A stretch of 64,000 bases of DNA from Microcoleus sp. (GTDB lineage: Bacteria > Cyanobacteriota > Cyanobacteriia > Cyanobacteriales > Microcoleaceae). Below are positions 7,953-19,825 of this stretch, in pieces (the first letter of the stretch is position 1; every line of letters begins with the position of its first letter). Both the position numbers and the translations under genes were made by a program. The notes beneath the pieces are model-generated. The model ran no database searches, was not told the origin of the DNA, and saw only the letters and a program-made list of their open reading frames with translations. The stretch covers positions 2,976,001-3,040,000 of the forward strand of contig CP181291.1 of NCBI GenBank assembly GCA_052279835.1, in the 5' to 3' direction.

Positions 7953-10900
7953 TTAATCACCCAGTGACTGATAGCACCAACTTGGACGCCGCAGCAGATT
8001 GAAGGTATCTAGGTATCGAATTCGACGCTCGGATGCCTCTACTTGAGCAATAGCAATAGCTTCATTCAATAAGTCTTGAGGGAAATCTAGATTCCACAAA
8101 GGATGAACGACGATCGCACTTATATCCCCCACAGTCAAACCCGGTAGAGGGCCAAACTGTTGCCTGGAACAACTAAACGAAGCACAAAATGTATCGCGCA
8201 AAGCAGTTGCGTTCAATACCCAATTTTCTAAATCTGGAGTATAAAAATTCCCATCCAGTCCACATTGAAAATTGCTGCTGGCTAATCCCCTCAGCAACGA
8301 AAGCCCCAAACGCCAATCCAGCAAACCGTGATAGTTCATATTACGGTACTGCTGCAAGCAATCGTAACAAGAAGAGTCGCATTTTTGGCGGTGTTCTGGT
8401 GAGATTATCGCCTCAGCAAAGCTATTTTGAGACTTCAAAATTTTCTCTAAAAGTATCTCTTCCCAGTGATTAGCTAACCAGTAGGTAAAGCCCGATCCAT
8501 TTGCAAGCCGATCGCTAATTACAAATTCTCCTACTTTTTCCCCAGTATCTTCTAATTCAGCCTGTCGCAAACCGCTCACGTCTAATTCTTCAGGATCGAT
8601 GTCTAACTCCTGTGCTGCTACAGCACGAACCATGAAAGCCGCTGAGTAGAAAGCTGCTTTGACTGCGGAACCGCGTGCAATAGGATCGAGACACAATCCA
8701 TCCGGTACAGCAGCGGGTTTAATTCGCAGTACACCAGTGGTTTTTGGGGCAACGATCGCAATTTTCTCTGACTCGCCCTGCCGTTTAAACTTCACCCCAT
8801 TATTTGTATTCTGAAATCGCTCATCAATCCACTGATCTGTTAACAGTTTCTCTTTGCGTCCAAATGTGGCATTTCCGGTTGCTCCCTTAAATAGCTGTCC
8901 TCGATTGTCATTCACCCGAAAAACGCGACCGGATTCAGAAAAAGCTGTCTGAGTATTTGTATTATGTACTAAGTCAAACTTTTGAGGTTGTGATTCCGCT
9001 ACGCTGGCTGCACCTGTAATTAACGCATCATATTCATCTTTAGCATCCGCCCCAGGATTGAGGCTGGTACGGAAAGCTAAAGGGACAGCCCACTGAAAAA
9101 CTCGAAATCCCTGTTCGTCAGTTGCCGCACATTTCGGACAGATTGTATCTTCAAAGGTTATCTTAGAAGTGTCCGTATGTTGGCACCGCTGACACCTTAA
9201 CATCCATTTGCGATCAGAAAGAGGTTCGCCAGCAGGAACCAACCCGTTTTTAGTGTCGGGAATTAACGATGCTGTAAACCCGATCGCAGTATAAATCCGC
9301 TTATCTTTAGTTTTTTCTGAACCGGGGGCAAATTCAGAGACAGCTAAATCTAAATCTCGATCGATAGTAGGAACTTTTTGTTTTCTGGACGGATCGTGAT
9401 GATACAAATCACGCACTCTTGATGGCATCCCGTACATCGGCAAAACCCCGCCCTCAGCAAGGCGTTCTGCTAATCCATCTCCAGTCAATTCTAAGTTATT
9501 GGTACACTCATCAATCTTATTAAATAAATCATGACGTGCATACTCTTCAAGTTTGTGGCGATCGATATCTTCAACACCAACTAGCAGAGAACTTATTACG
9601 TCAGCTACTTCAGGAGAAGTTTTCAACCAATCACGAATTTGTTCGCGGCGTTCTTCCGTTTCCTTCCACTTTTTAAGTGTGCCAAATTCACCGTGACTAT
9701 CTGGTTTTTTTTCTACCTCCCAGCAGGTGACACCAGCATTCTTAAATGCGCGTCTCAAACATTCTTTGGCTAGGAGGCGCTGCACGATCTCAACCTGTGG
9801 CATAGAAAGAAAAGGAACTGGCGGCGGATCGCCCGTAATTTTTTCAGGATGGCGGTAATAAAATTCATCGTGCGATCGACCCCGACAAAGAGTAAGTACG
9901 ATCGCGAAAGCCTGGCCCCGGCGACCACCGCGACCCGCACGCTGCTGGTAATTAAAGCGCATCGGCGGCATATTTGCCATCACAACAGCCATTAAACTGC
10001 CAATATCAATTCCCACCTCCATTGTGGTAGTTACGTTCAAAATGTCGATGATATCTACTTCTGGGATAAAATCTCTTTTTTGTTCGCCAAAATTCACGAT
10101 GATGTTGCGGAAATGTCGCTGTCTCTCAGCTTGATCGTCCGTTTGTCCGGTCAACTCTTCGCAGTGCAACCGCAACGGTTGACGCTTATTTACAGACTGG
10201 GTAGCGAAATAATTGCGATCGTATAAATCTGCACATATTTTATTAGGTTCCGCTGATAAATTTGCCAAACAATTAGTATTAGTACAAATACCTCCGGCAC
10301 GGTGTAGGTGAGGGCGCTGACAAAAATCGCACTGCCACACGGGGTCATCGGACACAGCAACTCGTACAGATAAATGTCGGGGATTAAGTATAAAGTGGTG
10401 GTGCTGACCGTATTCGCAAATCGCAGATTTCAATGCCTGCTTTAATTGCTGCGGTGAAATCCCGTTTTTTTCTGCACATTGCTTAACGTAATTACGCAAT
10501 TTTGGTTTCGCATCGTCCCAGTCTTTCCAGTCGTGGAGTGAATACTCTTGAGGTTGTTTCGGATACCTGTATAATTCACCTAAAATTCGCAAGCTGCCGT
10601 CGCAAATGCTCTCAAATACTGAGGGTAAAACTCCGCATTGAATTGCTAGCTGTTCTAATTGATTTGGCTGTAAATTCAGGCTAATATAACCCAATCCAGA
10701 TGATTCAATCCCAAAGTATAAGCGACCGAAAAGTATGTTGCAGACCTCAGATTTTACTTTTTCTCTAAATGTAGAATCTCGCCTTGTTTGTGCTTCAGGA
10801 GGTAAGTCCGATTTCCACCCAGCGGTTTCAAAGTCAAATAATTTTGTCCAATGGTGGTACTTTCCGTCATAGGAGAAGTCTTGGTAAAGAACATCGTTAC

Positions 10901-13640
10901 CAGCAGGATTAACACCCAATTCTACTAATCGCTGAATGAGAATTCCTGGGTCTTGCGGATTTTCAAGACCTTCAAATAGCATTCTGAGAGGAACTGTGCG
11001 GGTATTAATTCTTTGCTGAATTTCGTTCAGGTATTTCTCTGCTTGGTCTCGCACTGCTTGCAATGCTGGTGGATGCCCTTTGGGCAATGGAAAGTTAACA
11101 AGTTGGCGATTTTCCTGCAATTCATTAACAGCGTTTGGGTGACGCTGGACAAATTCAATAGCTTCGCTACAGGTAGGCAGGCCCTGATGTTGGATGTCTT
11201 GAAGCAAAAGAGGGCGGGCGATCGCCTCTTGTTTCAATTCATCAAAAATCGCCTCGCGCACTAAGTCTTTATAGTGCGATCGCTCAATTCCATTTGATAT
11301 TGAAGCAGCATCCTCGCGGCTGTCAGAAAACACTACCAGTTTTCTAGATTCTGGGCTGTCAGGTAACTGATAAAACAGTTCTTTAGACAGCAGTTGACTC
11401 ACTTTAGAAAAACCTGTTCTGAAGTCGCGGATTGGAGATTTTCGATACAGTCGCTTGCTGTAGTCAGCACCGCAGCAAGCACAAACCGCAGGCAAAGCTT
11501 TAACTTTTTCCCGTGCCTCTGGTAACAGGTTCGGTCGATTAAAAATATAGCCTTTTACTGTCAAGTCCTCAGATGAATCAGGGTCGCCTAAACGAACTAT
11601 ACCGCTGCGAGTATCTAGCCACGCCTTATCCCAGCGACCTGACTCTGTTTTTTTAGACTGTCGTCCCCAACCCTGCGAATCTTCATCAATCTGTCTGGAC
11701 GGCCAGAATACAGCAAATTCTTTGTAAGTCCTACCATCGAGAAATTTTCCAGCTTGTCTGTCAGGAATTCCCTCAATATCCGGTTCTGTAGGCAAAAGTT
11801 CCCATCCGTCATTATTCTGTCTTGTCAGCCTGTTTCCCCCAAAAAATACAGTTTTGCACTGTTCGCAGTAAAGAAGTTCTAAAACTCGGTAATTATCGCA
11901 AAGTATGGGAGGATTTTCTACAAATAGTTTGCCGACAGGTCGCTTTTCGCTGATTTCATTTTCTTCACACCCGTGATTTGGCTTAGTGCAAGCCCACAGC
12001 CCTTCGATATTCCTGAAAAACCAGTGCAGCCTGAACGATGGCAAGGAAGTTTGCTCGGACAAACCGCGAGCGACAAGCAATCCTCTTACTGCCAGTTTGA
12101 GATTTTCATTTGTTAAGTCATTGCCAAACATTTTTTGACCAAAATCAGCGATCGATACGGCACGAATTTTGTCATCAACGTTACAAGCATCGACCATTCT
12201 AGCGCCAACAGCCGCACTTTCAGATTCCACTATTTGGCTGCAAGCAATGTATACAGGCGTTGAACGCAACGTTTGTATGCTGTTAATTTCTGGTGCTTCT
12301 CCCAAAGCGATGAACGGTTCGGCATCAAGAAATTCTTGACCTTCGATTTGCGGAATTGGCTCTAAATGACCGGGTATAATCTGTTCGGAATGCCATTCAA
12401 CGCCGAAGAATTGATTCAGAAATTCTAAGCTTTTTGGATCGTTTGGTTCCAGAGATGCGCTAGAGGCAAGAATCCGCAATTTTGGATGACCTGGATGCAG
12501 CCCCAAGCGTTGCAGCAACAGTCGCAACAAATAAGCTACTTCAGTCCCAGAAGTGCCGCGATACAAGTGCAATTCGTCAACAATTAAATGAAAAACGCTG
12601 CCATCTTTGTTTAACCATGCCTTCGTTTTTTCAAAAATATCTTGATCGATATTCCGCATCAGCATGATACTGAGCATAGAATAGTTGGTGATTAAAATAT
12701 CTGGGGGGGCATCTTTCATATCCCAGCGACAGCGCATTTCTGCACCATCTAAACGCGGGAAAAAGAACCTCACATCATCATCGCCAGTTTGACTTGCGTG
12801 TTCGCTAGCTCGCGCGGCTGATTCCTCCATTTGCTGTATTGCTTCCAGCAGTTCTTTTATTTTTTTGCCATTAGGTTTCCGATTTTCTGTGTATTCATGC
12901 CCCGGTACGGGTGTAACGCCGTTGTATCTTCCAAAATAAACTCGGTTGCCTTTTCTATTATCTTTAAACCAATCTCGCGCTGCTTCAGAATCTAAAGCGC
13001 GGCGCAGCCTGGTAAGTTGGTCTTCAACTAAGGCATTCATGGGATATAAAATCAGGGCGCGAACAGCAGCATCCCGATTTTCGTGACTCCTCTGAGGAAC
13101 GCGATAAGATTTCTTAAAACTGCGTTTTGTCTTCACCAATGGGTTGCATTCGTTCTGCCAATCCTTATTTTCCCACCAGTCATTGAGGTAGGCTGGCTCT
13201 GGTTTAGGAGCATTCCAATTCCTCGATTCTTTGGCAAGGTAAGCAAATAGCGGTAACATAAAAGATTCAGTTTTACCTGAACCAGTACCTGCGGTAACTA
13301 CAGCATTTTGACCTTCTAATGCCTGTCGCAGCATTTGGATTTGGTGGCTGTACAGTTCGTAATTGCCTACAAGTCCGCAGGAGGCAAGCTGTTTAAAATC
13401 TTGAAGGGTAAATTCATCTAATCCCGGTACGTTTGAAATATCTAAATCATTGATAGTTTTACCCGCTCTTTGATAGCGGGGCATCGGTTCAATCCAGGGT
13501 TCTTGATGGAATGCACCGGGTTGGCGCAGCAGTCTTTCGCGTTCTTGTTCTATTTCGGGGAATTGAGTTCCGAAAGCGGTTTTTATGTACAGTAGGAAGT
13601 TGTCACGGATTGTATTAAAGGCATTAATTGGATCGTGCAT
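7953..13640 (-). CDS. large SF2 DEAD/DEAH helicase with C-terminal DUF1998 (Druantia DruE-like)
   Basis: Walker [49 protein letters not shown], several CxxC clusters, C-terminal CDSSCYDCL...LLDWRLG. Confidence 0.85.
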   Translation of the reverse strand: MHDPINAFNTIRDNFLLYIKTAFGTQFPEIEQERERLLRQPGAFHQEPWIEPMPRYQRAGKTINDLDISNVPGLDEFTLQDFKQLASCGLVGNYELYSHQIQMLRQALEGQNAVVTAGTGSGKTESFMLPLFAYLAKESRNWNAPKPEPAYLNDWWENKDWQNECNPLVKTKRSFKKSYRVPQRSHENRDAAVRALILYPMNALVEDQLTRLRRALDSEAARDWFKDNRKGNRVYFGRYNGVTPVPGHEYTENRKPNGKKIKELLEAIQQMEESAARASEHASQTGDDDVRFFFPRLDGAEMRCRWDMKDAPPDILITNYSMLSIMLMRNIDQDIFEKTKAWLNKDGSVFHLIVDELHLYRGTSGTEVAYLLRLLLQRLGLHPGHPKLRILASSASLEPNDPKSLEFLNQFFGVEWHSEQIIPGHLEPIPQIEGQEFLDAEPFIALGEAPEINSIQTLRSTPVYIACSQIVESESAAVGARMVDACNVDDKIRAVSIADFGQKMFGNDLTNENLKLAVRGLLVARGLSEQTSLPSFRLHWFFRNIEGLWACTKPNHGCEENEISEKRPVGKLFVENPPILCDNYRVLELLYCEQCKTVFFGGNRLTRQNNDGWELLPTEPDIEGIPDRQAGKFLDGRTYKEFAVFWPSRQIDEDSQGWGRQSKKTESGRWDKAWLDTRSGIVRLGDPDSSEDLTVKGYIFNRPNLLPEAREKVKALPAVCACCGADYSKRLYRKSPIRDFRTGFSKVSQLLSKELFYQLPDSPESRKLVVFSDSREDAASISNGIERSHYKDLVREAIFDELKQEAIARPLLLQDIQHQGLPTCSEAIEFVQRHPNAVNELQENRQLVNFPLPKGHPPALQAVRDQAEKYLNEIQQRINTRTVPLRMLFEGLENPQDPGILIQRLVELGVNPAGNDVLYQDFSYDGKYHHWTKLFDFETAGWKSDLPPEAQTRRDSTFREKVKSEVCNILFGRLYFGIESSGLGYISLNLQPNQLEQLAIQCGVLPSVFESICDGSLRILGELYRYPKQPQEYSLHDWKDWDDAKPKLRNYVKQCAEKNGISPQQLKQALKSAICEYGQHHHFILNPRHLSVRVAVSDDPVWQCDFCQRPHLHRAGGICTNTNCLANLSAEPNKICADLYDRNYFATQSVNKRQPLRLHCEELTGQTDDQAERQRHFRNIIVNFGEQKRDFIPEVDIIDILNVTTTMEVGIDIGSLMAVVMANMPPMRFNYQQRAGRGGRRGQAFAIVLTLCRGRSHDEFYYRHPEKITGDPPPVPFLSMPQVEIVQRLLAKECLRRAFKNAGVTCWEVEKKPDSHGEFGTLKKWKETEERREQIRDWLKTSPEVADVISSLLVGVEDIDRHKLEEYARHDLFNKIDECTNNLELTGDGLAERLAEGGVLPMYGMPSRVRDLYHHDPSRKQKVPTIDRDLDLAVSEFAPGSEKTKDKRIYTAIGFTASLIPDTKNGLVPAGEPLSDRKWMLRCQRCQHTDTSKITFEDTICPKCAATDEQGFRVFQWAVPLAFRTSLNPGADAKDEYDALITGAASVAESQPQKFDLVHNTNTQTAFSESGRVFRVNDNRGQLFKGATGNATFGRKEKLLTDQWIDERFQNTNNGVKFKRQGESEKIAIVAPKTTGVLRIKPAAVPDGLCLDPIARGSAVKAAFYSAAFMVRAVAAQELDIDPEELDVSGLRQAELEDTGEKVGEFVISDRLANGSGFTYWLANHWEEILLEKILKSQNSFAEAIISPEHRQKCDSSCYDCLQQYRNMNYHGLLDWRLGLSLLRGLASSNFQCGLDGNFYTPDLENWVLNATALRDTFCASFSCSRQQFGPLPGLTVGDISAIVVHPLWNLDFPQDLLNEAIAIAQVEASERRIRYLDTFNLLRRPSWCYQSLGD

Positions 13641-13651
13641 AAATTACCTCA

Positions 13652-14662
13652 CTATGTTATATTTAAAGATTGCTGCAAAAGTGTCTGACCTAATTTAGCT
13701 GCGGTCATTTGTGCTATTTGAGGGGGAATTGCAGAGAATAAATTGAATCCATGAATTTGCGGATCGTGCGGCATTTTTTTTACATATGTTGCTGCATAAC
13801 CGGAACAAAGGGTTAAGGCTCTTTCTAGGAGTCGCGGCAGATTCGCGCTGGCTGGTACTGCCATAGTGAATCTGCGTTTGTCGTAGGTTAGGACATTCCG
13901 TCGCAGTGCTTTGAGAACGGCATACTTTCCCCAATTAAGCTCTATTTCGGTACACATTTCATCTTGCCAAAAATAGTAAAATTTGGTGTTTCGAGAGGGA
14001 TGATTGTATCGACCCAGGCGGATATTATTGTCTGTTTGTTCGATAGTTTTAAATTGTAATGAACTAGGTTCAAAGGTTTCGCGCTTCCAGTTCAATTCTG
14101 GATCGTTAGACGATTTGAGGGTATCTAAGTAGTCGTCAATACTGGCGGCAAAATGCAGCAAAGACCAGGCTGAGGGCGTTTCGATAAAAGGTATGCCCAG
14201 AGAAGATGCGATCGCCCCTAATTCCCTCACATCCTCTGCTTGTACAGCCACTCGCTTCGGTATCAGCACTGATTCACTGGCTTGTTCTTTGATTTCAAGG
14301 TTGATGCGATCGCCCGCAGACTGACAAGCATCTGATAATTGTTGGATAGTATTGGGCGATCGCGCTCCTGCTAAAATGGCTTGAGGAAAGCCGGCACAAG
14401 GCAATCGCACCAATACAGGACTCGCTGCATAAACCTTATTCTTGCTGCGATCGTCGCTAAAATTAAAGTCACAGTGACCCAGAGAATCGAGGGCGCGAAT
14501 TGCTTGCAATCTTTGATTCTTAATTCCGTCTTTCTCTGTACTTTCCTCTCTCAAACCAGTCTCAAGATTATATAAATAATCAAAGGTTTCCTTAAAGGAT
14601 AGCCAAGCAAGTTCCTTTTTTGCCGAAATAACGTAGAGCAGTTTTTCGCTAGTTTCAGACAC
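13652..14662 (-). CDS. Druantia-like accessory protein 2, function unknown
   Basis: 336 aa; GTG start overlaps the upstream stop by 8 nt, with AGGAGG 6 nt upstream; 11 bp from the helicase gene. Confidence 0.65.
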   Translation of the reverse strand: MSETSEKLLYVISAKKELAWLSFKETFDYLYNLETGLREESTEKDGIKNQRLQAIRALDSLGHCDFNFSDDRSKNKVYAASPVLVRLPCAGFPQAILAGARSPNTIQQLSDACQSAGDRINLEIKEQASESVLIPKRVAVQAEDVRELGAIASSLGIPFIETPSAWSLLHFAASIDDYLDTLKSSNDPELNWKRETFEPSSLQFKTIEQTDNNIRLGRYNHPSRNTKFYYFWQDEMCTEIELNWGKYAVLKALRRNVLTYDKRRFTMAVPASANLPRLLERALTLCSGYAATYVKKMPHDPQIHGFNLFSAIPPQIAQMTAAKLGQTLLQQSLNIT

Positions 14663-16676
14663 GCTCTGCCTCCTTTTGAAATTGTTTCCACAAGGCTTTC
14701 AAGTTAGAGCGATCGGGCGGGGAAATTATCTTGCGATCGTGCCACAATATTTCTTTCCATGCCCGCATTTTCTTTCGGTCTTTGCACTTTGACATCAACG
14801 GTTGTGACTCTACTAAATTGGTGCCACAAAACATTGCTTGACCGCGATGGCGACCTTTGGAAATCGCCCAAACAGGCTCCCAATCTGTAGGTAGTGATTC
14901 CGCTGGGCAGATTGCTATTTGCCCTGGTTCTTTACCTACATAAAAAATCCGCTGCTTTCCTTGTATTGGTAAAAAAGTGTTGAAGTTAAAGTCCGGGAAA
15001 TCAACGCCCCGCACCCATGCACCGGCAACGCCTGCGCTTTCATTGTCCCCGGTTTTGAGATTCCCGAAGCGATCGAAGTGTTGCGCGTTGTTTTGGGATG
15101 GCAAAGAATAGTTTTCTACCAATAACAGAGAACAGCGCCTGATATCCTCCCCATTGCGTGCTTCAATTAGCAACTTTGTTTCCGCTGTATCGGCTGGCAG
15201 TTCATAAATACCAGCTCCTGATGTGCAATCTAACAGCTTATTATTGCAATATACTTTTATTGATTCGCTACCACCTTGTAAAATTAATTTGGGCGGGGCA
15301 AACTTAAAGAATTTATTGCCTCTTTCCAGGCGGATTCCTCCAGCTAACTCTAGCCGCACATTAGTCGGGAAAGCTAAGATTGGGTATTCTTGTTTAATCA
15401 GCTCGTCACTGCAAGCAGCCTGCGCTTTGAACAAGTGCCACCCACTGGGCAAACCATCTATTATTTGCAACTTTTCAAAGCCTTGACAGCTCAATTCTCC
15501 CCATATTGTCAGCAATTCCAAACACTCTTCGTGTGCAGCTAAATAAAATGGCTGTTGAGTGGGCAACTGTCGCACTTCCACAATACCTGGCAATCCCTGA
15601 GTGTCTCCATTAACGAATACTCGAATGGGCGATGCTGGCAGCTTAAAACACCATTTAGAGTCAGACGATCGCATTCGCAAACCTTCCCGCCAATCAAATT
15701 CAGAGGCAACCAGCGGTTTTCCGTCTGCCTCACATATTAGAGGTGAAGACAAACCCCCACTCTCTTCGTAACAAGAAAAAGCTTGAAAATTATCTTCTAA
15801 AAATAACAGCAAACCATCTTCAGGAAATTCGTGTTTTGTACTGCAACGCAAGCTTAGGGTAGCGCGTTTGGCAGTTGAATCGAGTTTGATGAAGCACAAT
15901 CTCAATAGTCCGTAAATCTGCGTTTTACCTGAATCTTCAGCAGTTCCATCCCAATCGCGCAATTCATCAATAATCCATTCGAGCAATGCTTGGCGAAGTT
16001 CGTCGCTGTCTCTGGTTTCTTCTAATAAGCTTAAAGTCCGTTTGTGCAGTTGTTTGCGCCCGTGCTTGACTAACAAACGTGCGATCGCCCCCTCATTGGG
16101 ATATGAAATAGGATCTAAGTCAGCAGCGGCAAAAATAGCAGGGAGTGCGCGACGTTCTTTTTCAATCAAGAGGGTTTGGGCGATGGGTAATCCAATGTGA
16201 TTTCTTTTCCCAACACTTTTGCTGTTGAAGATACCCAATTCGCCAGATTTATTTTCATTAGACCACTTTTCTAAATCTTCCCAGAGTTTCCACATTCTGT
16301 CAAATGAAGCATACTGGCCTGTGGTAGGTTCTTCACCAAGCAATGTTCGCAAGCGCGGATAGTAAGAATGGGTGGCAAAATCTCCTTCAATACCGGCTGC
16401 TAAGACAAATAGCGCTAAATAACCAATGTATGGCGGATAATCTAACTCTCGCCGCCAATTTTCCATAGTTTCCCAAGCTTTTACGCACAAACCCTTCCTT
16501 TTTGCACCAGGAAGTCCGGTTTTGATAGCTTGAATAAAATCTGAAAAATCAGCACCGCTTTCTTGACCAAGACCTTTTATCAGTTCCTCTGTGACATACA
16601 GGTGAACGCTGCGCCCTGCCATTTCATTTTTGAAAAAATGAGCTGCGATTGAATTATTCCATTTTAAATAATCCAT
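14655..16676 (-). CDS. Druantia-like accessory protein 1, function unknown
   Basis: 673 aa, first gene of the operon with the DUF1998 helicase; two TATAAT boxes upstream (16720-16725 and 16740-16745, minus strand). Confidence 0.65.
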   Translation of the reverse strand: MDYLKWNNSIAAHFFKNEMAGRSVHLYVTEELIKGLGQESGADFSDFIQAIKTGLPGAKRKGLCVKAWETMENWRRELDYPPYIGYLALFVLAAGIEGDFATHSYYPRLRTLLGEEPTTGQYASFDRMWKLWEDLEKWSNENKSGELGIFNSKSVGKRNHIGLPIAQTLLIEKERRALPAIFAAADLDPISYPNEGAIARLLVKHGRKQLHKRTLSLLEETRDSDELRQALLEWIIDELRDWDGTAEDSGKTQIYGLLRLCFIKLDSTAKRATLSLRCSTKHEFPEDGLLLFLEDNFQAFSCYEESGGLSSPLICEADGKPLVASEFDWREGLRMRSSDSKWCFKLPASPIRVFVNGDTQGLPGIVEVRQLPTQQPFYLAAHEECLELLTIWGELSCQGFEKLQIIDGLPSGWHLFKAQAACSDELIKQEYPILAFPTNVRLELAGGIRLERGNKFFKFAPPKLILQGGSESIKVYCNNKLLDCTSGAGIYELPADTAETKLLIEARNGEDIRRCSLLLVENYSLPSQNNAQHFDRFGNLKTGDNESAGVAGAWVRGVDFPDFNFNTFLPIQGKQRIFYVGKEPGQIAICPAESLPTDWEPVWAISKGRHRGQAMFCGTNLVESQPLMSKCKDRKKMRAWKEILWHDRKIISPPDRSNLKALWKQFQKEAERV

Positions 16677-16992
16677 TTTTATATTTCATATAATTTAACT
16701 GCGCTTGGTAATTTCAAGTATTATAACCCATGAATAGCCATTATAGTCCGATCGTCCAGCGGTCAAAAGACGATCGAGTTTTTGTTGTTTGTTTACGTAA
16801 ATTTACTGAGAAAATGGAGCCTTGGACTCACGGACATACTTACGAGAAAACCGCCAAACACTGACAAGAATTGTGATAAACATTGATTGAACTCGATCGA
16901 GAAGACAGATGCGGGAAAACCCATTCCCCAACCAAAATATCGACCTGCAATATCTCAACTTACGACTTGACAAACGATCGCACAAATCCCCC

Positions 16993-18522
16993 TTACTGCA
17001 TTCGATCGATCGTCCGATACTGCACCGCCTCCGCCACATGATTGGTTTTCAAACTTTCATCACCCGACAAATCCGCAATAGTCCTAGCAACCTTCAAAAT
17101 GCGATCGCTAGCCCTAGCCGAAAGCCCCAATTTCCGAATCGCCATCTCCAATAAATTTCGAGAAGCATCATCCAACTGACACCAGGTGTTAATGTGGCTG
17201 CTTTGCATTTCCGCATTACACCGCAAACTAGATTCTGACCTAAAACGGTGAGTGGCGATCGCCCTTGCGCGCTGTACCCTCACCCGCACCGGTTCCGACT
17301 CCTCCCCCGTCGGCTGTCGAGTAATCTCCTCCGGCTTCAAACGATTCACCGCCACTTGCAAATCAATCCGATCCATCAAAGGTCCAGAAAGTTTTGCCCA
17401 ATATTGCTCCCTCTTTTGTGGCGAACAAGTACACTGTTGAATCGCGTCACCATAATAACCGCAAGCACAAGGATTTGTACTCGCAACTAAAGTAAATTGA
17501 GCCGGAAACATCACCGATTGTCTAGTTCGAGAAATTGTCACATAACCATCTTCCAACGGTTGCCGCAAAAACTCCAAAACATCTCTTTTAAACTCAGTTA
17601 ATTCATCCAAAAAAAGGATGCCGCGATGTGCTAAAGAAATCTCACCCGGACGCGGAAAACTGCCGCCACCTACCAAAGAAGGGCCCGATGCTGAATGGTG
17701 AGGACTGCGAAAAGGTCGATCGCCCACCAAACTACCCTTATCCTTCAGCAACCCCGCCACCGAATGAATTTGAGTCACATCCAAAGCCTCCTCAAAGGTC
17801 AGCGGCGGCAAAATACCAGGCAAACGTCTCGCTAACATAGTCTTACCGCTCCCTGGCGGCCCGACAAAAATCAAATTGTGTCCCCCCGCCGCCGCAATTT
17901 CCAAAGCCCGCCGCGCGTGAACTTGTCCTTTGACATCTTTTAAATCTAAACCGGGAATCCGCTTTTTTGCTAACTCTTGTCTACCGTTTACTTCTACAGG
18001 CGAATAAACTTCAGGATTGTTTAAAAAATCAGTAACTGCAAAAATATTCTCAAAACCATAGACAGATATGCCCTGTACCAATGCCGCTTCTTTTGCATTA
18101 CCAGCGGGTACAATCAATCCTGAAATACCCATTTTGGCAGCAGCAGCGGCGATCGGCAAAACCCCAGCCACAGGGCGCAAACTTCCATCTAAAGAAAGTT
18201 CTCCTAAAAACAAATGATCTCCCAAAAGCTCACCGCTGACCTGTTCCGATGCTGCTAAAATACCAATGGCGATCGGCAAATCAAAACTAGGCCCTTCCTT
18301 CCGCAAATCCGCCGGAGTCAAATTAATCACAATACTCCGCATCGGAAAAGCATATCCTGAATTTTTCAGCGTCGCCCTAACTCTTTCCTTAGCTTCTTGG
18401 ACCGCAGAATCGGGCAACCCCACCACCACAATTTTTGGTAGCCCTCCCGACACATCCGCCTCAACACCAACCTTTACCGCGTCAATTCCAACAATCGATG
18501 CACTCCAAACCCTAGCAAGCAT
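16993..18522 (-). CDS. comM: YifB/ComM family Mg-chelatase-like AAA+ ATPase
   Basis: INLTPADLRKEGPSFDLPIA, GPPGSGKTMLA, PFRSPHHSAS, GEISLAHRGILFLDE. Confidence 0.93.
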   Translation of the reverse strand: MLARVWSASIVGIDAVKVGVEADVSGGLPKIVVVGLPDSAVQEAKERVRATLKNSGYAFPMRSIVINLTPADLRKEGPSFDLPIAIGILAASEQVSGELLGDHLFLGELSLDGSLRPVAGVLPIAAAAAKMGISGLIVPAGNAKEAALVQGISVYGFENIFAVTDFLNNPEVYSPVEVNGRQELAKKRIPGLDLKDVKGQVHARRALEIAAAGGHNLIFVGPPGSGKTMLARRLPGILPPLTFEEALDVTQIHSVAGLLKDKGSLVGDRPFRSPHHSASGPSLVGGGSFPRPGEISLAHRGILFLDELTEFKRDVLEFLRQPLEDGYVTISRTRQSVMFPAQFTLVASTNPCACGYYGDAIQQCTCSPQKREQYWAKLSGPLMDRIDLQVAVNRLKPEEITRQPTGEESEPVRVRVQRARAIATHRFRSESSLRCNAEMQSSHINTWCQLDDASRNLLEMAIRKLGLSARASDRILKVARTIADLSGDESLKTNHVAEAVQYRTIDRMQ

Positions 18523-18751
18523 GGTGTTTGATCCTTGTTCGGCTATCTTTCATCTATCATCTATTATGATTAACGATGGAACCGAAAACTGGAAATAGTA
18601 ACCAAAACTTTTCCTTATTCCCTTTTCCCTCTTCCTAAATTTCCCCATCCCCCATCCCCATCCCCATCCCCCCTTCAGGGGCAGGGGGGGTGAGGGGCAG
18701 GGCGATAACCATTAGTGTCAACTGAAGCTTGAAAGCATGGTGTGTACTTAC

Positions 18752-18935
18752 CCTCCTCCTGGTAGGCGGGCCACTAGATCCGGTTCCCCTCCTGGTAGGC
18801 GAGCCAATAGATCCGGTTCCCCTCCAGGGAGGCGGGCCAATAGATCCGGTTCCCCTCCAGGGAGGCGGGCCAATAGATCCGGTTCCCCTCCCTGGAGGGG
18901 AGCCAATAGATCCGGTTCCCCTCCAGGGAGGGGCT
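18752..18935. repeat. 33-bp tandem repeat array (5 copies)
   Basis: TAGATCCGGTTCCCCTCC core at 18775, 18808, 18841, 18874 and 18907, with near-identical linkers. Confidence 0.9.
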
Positions 18936-18990
18936 AGGGAGGATATCTGTGACTGGCTTTCAGACGATTGTTGACACTAATGGAGGGTGA

Positions 18991-19070
18991 CTTCTTCCTT
19001 CTTCCTTCTTCCTTCTTCCTTCTTCCTTCTTCCTTCTTCCTTCTTCCTTCTTCCTTCTTCCTTCTTCCTT
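18991..19070. repeat. STRR heptamer tract (CTTCTTC)n
   Basis: About 11 direct 7-bp copies. Confidence 0.9.
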
Positions 19071-19077
19071 AAAACTC

Positions 19078-19425
19078 ATGACATCTCAAGACACTATTTT
19101 CAGCAAAATCATCCGTCGGGAGATACCCGCAGATATCGTTTACGAAGACGACTTAGCCCTGGCGTTTAAAGATGTGAATCCCCAAGCACCAATCCACATC
19201 CTGGTCATACCTAAAAAGCCTATTGCCAAATTAGCCGATGCCGAGTCAGGAGACCATGCTCTCATGGGACACTTGCTGCTGACTGTGAAACGGGTAGCTG
19301 AAGCAGCCGGACTGACTAACGGCTATCGAGTTGTGATTAACAATGGGAACGACGGCGGCCAGACTGTAGATCATCTGCACCTTCACATTCTGGGCGGGCG
19401 TCACATGAAATGGCCCCCTGGCTAA
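19078..19425 (+). CDS. histidine triad (HIT) nucleotide-binding protein
   Basis: DTIFSKII, PQAPIHILVIPK, GQTVDHLHLHILGG. Confidence 0.95.
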   Translation: MTSQDTIFSKIIRREIPADIVYEDDLALAFKDVNPQAPIHILVIPKKPIAKLADAESGDHALMGHLLLTVKRVAEAAGLTNGYRVVINNGNDGGQTVDHLHLHILGGRHMKWPPG

Positions 19426-19825
19426 AGATTTAGCACTTAACGATGGGGGCTGGTCAGTTCCAGAACCCCTAAAAAATTGTTCCAAAAACTCACCTGACCC
19501 ACCCGAAAATTGGATATCAGCCCTATGTATCTAAAGTAGGTAGGCAAATCGAACAGAAGAATGGTTAGTTAAACTGGCGGAAATAATCTACAATCAATTA
19601 ATTAATTCCGATATTTCTACAACTATATTTAAACCAGGTTGTTTGTAATAAATCTTAATCGAGCGATACATTTTTTTACCATTATCAAACAGTTATGAAT
19701 ATTTGTAAAATTTGCAAATTATCAGCACTAACCTCTTTGCAAACAGGAGTTACTAATGTTATCAATGTGGATGTGGGATGTCCCCACAATGAACATTGAA
19801 AATTCAATTAAGCAATCATAACCAC

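Noticed and set aside
14655..14662. Frameshift splitting one gene into the 673-aa and 336-aa ORFs
   Set aside because: A strong AGGAGG SD with a correctly spaced GTG indicates translational coupling of two genes.
18752..18935. Possible CRISPR array
   Set aside because: The 15-bp linkers are near-identical rather than unique spacers, the period is only 33 bp, and no cas genes are in the window.
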